Origin: an uncultured Nitrospiraceae bacterium
GTDB taxonomy: Bacteria > Nitrospirota > UBA9217
NCBI GenBank assembly: GCA_964364055.1
Contig: CAYILT010000002.1
Span: 1-58,026, forward strand
DNA: 58,026 nucleotides
Direction: 5' to 3'
The notes under the pieces are model-generated. The model had not been told where the DNA came from, ran no database searches, and was given only the letters and a program-made list of their open reading frames with translations. Position 1 is the first letter of the stretch; every line of letters starts with the position of its first letter. Below, piece by piece: positions 54,203 through 58,026 of the stretch. The position numbers and the translations under genes were made by a program.

Positions 54203-55023
54203 GCTGCCAGCTCCTCTATTCCTTGAATGATGCGCGGCGCCAGGCGGTACAAGTTGTCGCTCACATAACAGACCTTTCCGTTCTTTACCGCCGGAACGGT
54301 CGCGAGCTTCTTGAGTATGCCCTGCGAGACGGTCCGGATGTCCATCCCCGCGCCCTTGCCTATGATCAGCGCGTCAGGCGACGCGCGGATGAGTTCTTCG
54401 ATGGAATAGCGGGGATAGGATGACGGTGCATGGCCAGCGACATTCACCAGGCCCAGCAGCGTAATGGCGTCGTGGATCGCCGTGCCCGGCCCCGCAACGA
54501 GCAGCGGCTCCGGCCAGACGATGTACACAACCTTTTTCTGGCTTCTGTCTTCTGACTTCTGGCTTCTGTATTTATTAATTCCCTCTTCCATCTCTCTCGC
54601 CAGCTTCTCGCCGCTTTCCTTTACTCCCATCGCAACAGCCAGTTCGCGGATCGCCGCGGGCAGTTCAGCAAGCGTCCGTGCGGTCCAGACATAGGTCTTG
54701 AGCGACATGCCCCGGAGCCGGTCATCGACCTCCCGGGGGTTCCCGTCGGTCGTCATGACGACGATGTCGGGCTTGAGCCCGACGATCGCCTCGAGCGATG
54801 GGTTCGACATCCCGCCGATCTTCGCCTTTTTCTTCGCTTCAGGAGGATGGTCGCAGAAGCTCGTCACCCCGGCGATCCGGTCGCCGAGCCCGAGCGCGAA
54901 CAGGATCTCCGTCGTTGCCGGGGAAAGAGAGATGATCCGCGTCGGAACGGGGACCGGTTCAGCGGCAAATGCACGTAGAGAAAACGCTATGAGGAAAAAA
55001 AGAATAATGAATGTTCTTTGCAT
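54190..55023 (-). CDS. btuF: Periplasmic corrinoid-binding protein
   Basis: Start moved to MQRTFIILFFLIAFSLRAFA. RIISLSPATTEILFALGLGDRIAGVT. Preceded by a riboswitch. Confidence 0.82.
   Translation of the reverse strand: MQRTFIILFFLIAFSLRAFAAEPVPVPTRIISLSPATTEILFALGLGDRIAGVTSFCDHPPEAKKKAKIGGMSNPSLEAIVGLKPDIVVMTTDGNPREVDDRLRGMSLKTYVWTARTLAELPAAIRELAVAMGVKESGEKLAREMEEGINKYRSQKSEDRSQKKVVYIVWPEPLLVAGPGTAIHDAITLLGLVNVAGHAPSSYPRYSIEELIRASPDALIIGKGAGMDIRTVSQGILKKLATVPAVKNGKVCYVSDNLYRLAPRIIQGIEELAACVR
54536..54568. repeat. Heptanucleotide tract (CTTCTG[R]) inside btuF
   Basis: Encodes RSQKSEDRSQKK. Confidence 0.8.
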
Positions 55024-55093
55024 TTTTCGATCGGTATCCATCATATCCATACCAGACAGTGGTCTTGACATCCTCTGCGGTGAAGAAGGTCCA

Positions 55094-55134
55094 ATAAAAA
55101 ATCCCCAGCCTTCACGGGAAGACTGGGGATTAAG
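55094..55134 (-). terminator. Intrinsic terminator (expression platform of the btuF riboswitch)
   Basis: AAUCCCCAGUC...GGCUGGGGAUU followed by UUUUUAUU. Confidence 0.6.
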
Positions 55135-55142
55135 GGACACAT

Positions 55143-55350
55143 TAACCCACACATGATCTTAACGCCGAAGACTGTGCGAGAAACATCCGGGTAGGTTTTC
55201 TGGCTCTCCCTCATCTGCCGTCCTTCCCATCCCGATGGTTCGGGACAGTGGATACTGGCTGGCAGATGCGTTGACCCTGCTTCCTGCAGGGCCGGGATCA
55301 CAGCGGCGGGTCCGCTCCCGATTTACACGGGATTCCCTTCGCCTGGATGT
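55143..55350 (-). promoter_or_regulatory. Cobalamin riboswitch (btuFCD leader)
   Basis: AAGGGAAUCCCGUGUAAAUCGGGAGCGGACCCGCCGCUGUGA, CCACUGU, GGGAAGG and the B12 box AGCCAGAAAACCUAC. Confidence 0.85.
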
Positions 55351-55461
55351 GTTCGGTATGTAGTTGTGCCTGCTTTATACCACGCCGCGTAGATAAAGTC
55401 AAAAACTATCCGCACGGGATACTGTCGCCTCAATGGATTCGCCTGTCCCCTTGTCAGCAGT

Positions 55462-55887
55462 CTACGATCCGACCTTCCCGTATTCCTGATAATCCGAAAA
55501 GTACAAGATGATCTTCTTTCCCTTGATGACGGCAGGAAAGTACAACTGGTAATGACCCTTCTTTGAAGAAAATCTATAGTTCTTCTCATCGCCTGAGAAC
55601 ACCTTTTCCAGGAACATGCGCTCTTCGCGCGTTGCCGAATAGATGAACATCGACCTCTCAACGGGCTTTTTTTCATCCCAGCCTGAGTACCCACCGAAGC
55701 CTAAAAATACCTTTTTGTTCTCGATCGAGTCAGGGTGGATCACTATCACCTCGGGCAGGTTTTTGTCTATCTTTTTGATGACGCCCAGCGTTTTCTCTGT
55801 TCGTTTCACATAGTCCTTCGAAAACTGGTAGTCGGCAAGGACAGCAAAGGCAGCCTGATTTTCCGAGTATAGCGGCCCCGGTTTTCT
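55462..55887 (-). CDS. Hypothetical protein, 5' end interrupted by the IS
   Basis: The ORF-track start (55920) and the first 11 codons lie inside the IS inverted repeat. The native frame stays open across the junction. Confidence 0.4.
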   Translation of the reverse strand, partial: RKPGPLYSENQAAFAVLADYQFSKDYVKRTEKTLGVIKKIDKNLPEVIVIHPDSIENKKVFLGFGGYSGWDEKKPVERSMFIYSATREERMFLEKVFSGDEKNYRFSSKKGHYQLYFPAVIKGKKIILYFSDYQEYGKVGS

Positions 55888-55932
55888 TGGACACGATTTT
55901 ATGTTAAAACATATGTCCAAGGAGGCCGTTAA

Positions 55933-56262
55933 ATGGGAAAAGATGTTAAGCCGTTCGATTCACCTGAAGTTCTCCGCTGGACCGTCAGCCGCAAGAAAGA
56001 AGTCGTCCTTCGGTTGATGCGCGGCGAACCAATCGATGCTCTCTCACGGGAGTTGGGCATCGAAGTCTACCGCCTGGAGAAATGGCACCGAAAGGCCCTC
56101 CAGGGGATAGAAACCGCACTCAAGGCCCGTGATGGTGATCCTTTGGCAGCGGAGCTGGATGCCGCCATGCGCCGTCTCGGCGAGATCACCATGGAGAACG
56201 AGCTGCTCCGGTACAAAGTGAGTAAAGCCCGCCCTTTGGCACCGGAGAGATCGAAGAAATGA
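55933..56262 (+). CDS. IS3-family transposase OrfA (HTH)
   Basis: 109 aa with a leucine-zipper-like C-terminus. TGA overlaps the orfB ATG. Confidence 0.8.
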   Translation: MGKDVKPFDSPEVLRWTVSRKKEVVLRLMRGEPIDALSRELGIEVYRLEKWHRKALQGIETALKARDGDPLAAELDAAMRRLGEITMENELLRYKVSKARPLAPERSKK

Positions 56263-57149
56263 GCACTGCGATCTCTACGACTACCGGCAAGCTCTATGGC
56301 ATCCAGCGCGTCTGCGATGCCTGGGAAGAACCCCGATCCTCCTTTTATGGAAGAAAGGAGCGGCTTGCCAAACCCGCGGTAGCACGCAAGCGGGGACCAA
56401 AGACCCTGCTTTCCGATGATGAGTTGCTCACGCTCATTCGTACCGATCTGGCGACTTCCCGCTTCGTCGGAGAGGGTCATCGCAAGGTTTGGTATCGTCT
56501 GCGGTTCGTCAAAGGGCACAAGATCGGCCGCAAGCGGGTCTTACGCATCATGCGCGAACATCATCTGCTCTCTCCGCACCGGGTTGTCCAAGGGCCGCCC
56601 ATAGAGCACAAGGGAAAGATCATTACGGCTGCTCCCAATGTCCTGTGGGGCACGGATGGGACGAAGATCTTCACCCTGGACGACGGATGGTGCTGGCTCT
56701 TTACCGCCGTCGAACATTGGAACGCAGAGTGCCTCGGATGGCATGTGGCCAAGACCGGAGACCGATTTGCGGCTCTCCAGCCGCTATCTATGGCGCTGAT
56801 GACACGCTTTGAATCGGTCGACGCCGATGTTGCCCGCGGGTTGGCGCTCCGGATGGATAACGGCACCCAGTATCTTTCTGATCACTTCCAGAATCAGATC
56901 AAGTACTGGGGTATTGCGCCAAGCTTCGCGTTCGTGGCGGAGCCGGAGACTAACGGCGTTGTGGAGCGATTCAATCGAACTCTCAAAGAACAGGTGATCT
57001 ATGGCCGCCATTACCAAAACATCGGGGAACTTAGAATCGCGATTTCGGACTTCATGGATCGATACAATACGTACTGGCTCGTAGAAAAACTTGGCTTTAA
57101 AAGTCCACGTCAGGCCTTCGACGAGTTTCAACTGAAGGCAGCTGCATAA
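56259..57149 (+). CDS. IS3-family transposase OrfB (DDE integrase core)
   Basis: WGTDGT..., LRMDNGTQY..., PETNGVVERFNRTLK give a D,D(35)E triad. Confidence 0.85.
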   Translation: MSTAISTTTGKLYGIQRVCDAWEEPRSSFYGRKERLAKPAVARKRGPKTLLSDDELLTLIRTDLATSRFVGEGHRKVWYRLRFVKGHKIGRKRVLRIMREHHLLSPHRVVQGPPIEHKGKIITAAPNVLWGTDGTKIFTLDDGWCWLFTAVEHWNAECLGWHVAKTGDRFAALQPLSMALMTRFESVDADVARGLALRMDNGTQYLSDHFQNQIKYWGIAPSFAFVAEPETNGVVERFNRTLKEQVIYGRHYQNIGELRIAISDFMDRYNTYWLVEKLGFKSPRQAFDEFQLKAAA

Positions 57150-57180
57150 GTATTATCTTGTGTCCAGGGTACCGGGTGCG

Positions 57181-57594
57181 CTACACCTGATTTTCCGAGA
57201 TAAGAGATCGCGCGGACGAGATCAGCATATTCTTCTTGTTCGCTGCAGACAGGTGGTTGCCGGCAAAAAGAACGGCGCAGATCAGGGGAAAGGACAAGGC
57301 TATTGCAGTGATCAGGAGTTTTGACGGCTTTGTGCTCGAACCGACGTTGCCCCGTTCCTGCGACAGCACCGTTGAGATCTTCGACAGGTTGGACATGACG
57401 TTCAGAACGATCGCGCCGCCCAGGATCGCAAAGATCCCGAGAATGCTCAGGTAGAATATGTCGGTCATGTGCTCTTTGAATATTTTCAGGTCGAACGCAG
57501 TGATTATGAGAAAGATAAAGACCCAGTAGAACAGGGCAACTGTTGCGTACAGGGCGACTTTATTGGTGCCTTTGATCAACTGATCATGATCCAT
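57181..57594 (-). CDS. Hypothetical membrane protein
   Basis: 137 aa with three or four predicted TM helices. Confidence 0.45.
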   Translation of the reverse strand: MDHDQLIKGTNKVALYATVALFYWVFIFLIITAFDLKIFKEHMTDIFYLSILGIFAILGGAIVLNVMSNLSKISTVLSQERGNVGSSTKPSKLLITAIALSFPLICAVLFAGNHLSAANKKNMLISSARSLISENQV

Positions 57595-57717
57595 GCTTTC
57601 CTCCTGGTGCGACTAGTTGCGGAAATCATCAAAGCCTAACATTAAAGACCAAATTCCATCAATTCGAGATAGGTGAATAGAGCAGCGGTTTCCTAAACCG
57701 CGTGCCGGGTGTTCGAA

Positions 57718-58026
57718 TCAACGCGCCGGGCGGGCGGCCCGCAGGGCCAGGGCGGTCCAGACAGCAGCCAGCAGGTCGATGACGCCGAAGAGTATAAGGA
57801 CCGGCGGCGCCAGGTCCAAAAACACAAAAGCACTAAAAAAGACGATGATCAAAGAACGGGGATAGACCGACCATCTGAAAAAGTCTGTCCATTCCGTTCG
57901 CACCGCCTGGAAGCAATAGAACGCGAGAAAGAGCACCAGCATGCCGACCACGCGAATCCATACCTCGTGCGTTTCAGGATAACCAAAGAGACGGATGAGG
58001 GTGTTTGGTATCAGCAGGAGGACCAG
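57718..58026 (-). CDS. Hypothetical membrane protein, partial (5' end off window)
   Basis: The frame remains open from the listed start (57951) up to the window edge (…LVLLLIPNTLIRLFGYPETHEVWIRV…). Confidence 0.4.
   Translation of the reverse strand: MVLLLIPNTLIRLFGYPETHEVWIRVVGMLVLFLAFYCFQAVRTEWTDFFRWSVYPRSLIIVFFSAFVFLDLAPPVLILFGVIDLLAAVWTALALRAARPAR

Larger units (their letters stand above)
55888..57166 (+). mobile_element. IS3-family insertion sequence (about 1.28 kb)
   Basis: Imperfect terminal inverted repeats: TGGACACGAT... (55888) and ...ATCTTGTGTCCA (57166). orfA and orfB lie in the 0/-1 frame arrangement. Confidence 0.8.

Noticed and set aside
55041-55694. ORFs 55041..55301 and 55323..55694 (minus strand)
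   Set aside because: They cover the btuF riboswitch, its terminator and flanking leader. The RNA explanation is much better supported.
57672-57720. A functional tRNA gene
   Set aside because: The anticodon arm and T-loop are present, but no acceptor stem, D-stem or T-stem 3' strand can be formed. It is reported only as a remnant.

Overview
This 58-kb window is GC-rich and almost entirely coded on the minus strand; it looks like an anaerobe, but taxon cannot be assigned from sequence alone. In transcription order (high to low coordinates) it contains the following. (a) Two small membrane-protein genes and an IS3-family insertion sequence, the only plus-strand genes in the window. (b) A very large anaerobic (cobalt-early) cobalamin supercluster: btuFCD, bzaC-bzaD-bzaE, bzaF(thiC-like)-cobT, cobQ-cbiB-cobD-cbiA, two low-GC PAP2/DedA genes, a cbiX-cbiC fusion, a riboswitch-controlled outer-membrane barrel, cbiMNQO, cobO, cbiD and cbiET. 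(c) A roughly 10-kb accessory island with five hypothetical genes, a 1385-aa SNF2 helicase, a frameshifted gene, VapBC and a short SWIM protein. (d) cbiL-cbiF-cbiGH plus a BPL_N-like gene. (e) A riboswitch followed by btuB-tonB, then yacG and a zinc-ribbon protein. (f) metK, ahcY, an EamA transporter and a cytochrome c. (g) A hybOABC(D)-type group-1 [NiFe] hydrogenase operon. I recognise six complete cobalamin riboswitches, two of them in tandem, plus one truncated riboswitch fragment. Three things stand out. First, the hydrogenase large-subunit gene has an in-frame TGA at the second Cys of the N-terminal RxCGxC nickel-binding motif, followed by a SECIS-like hairpin; this is not the position used by known [NiFeSe] enzymes. 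Second, stop-free heptanucleotide tracts and a 60-bp composite element (four copies sharing an identical 38-nt core) sit inside the cobalamin ORFs, are translated in different frames and orientations, and never break an ORF. Third, the B12 cluster shows mosaic traces: a MITE-like element, low-GC inserts, a duplicated riboswitch fragment and direct repeats flanking the island. All calls rest on reading the sequence and on motif recognition; no database search or computation was run.
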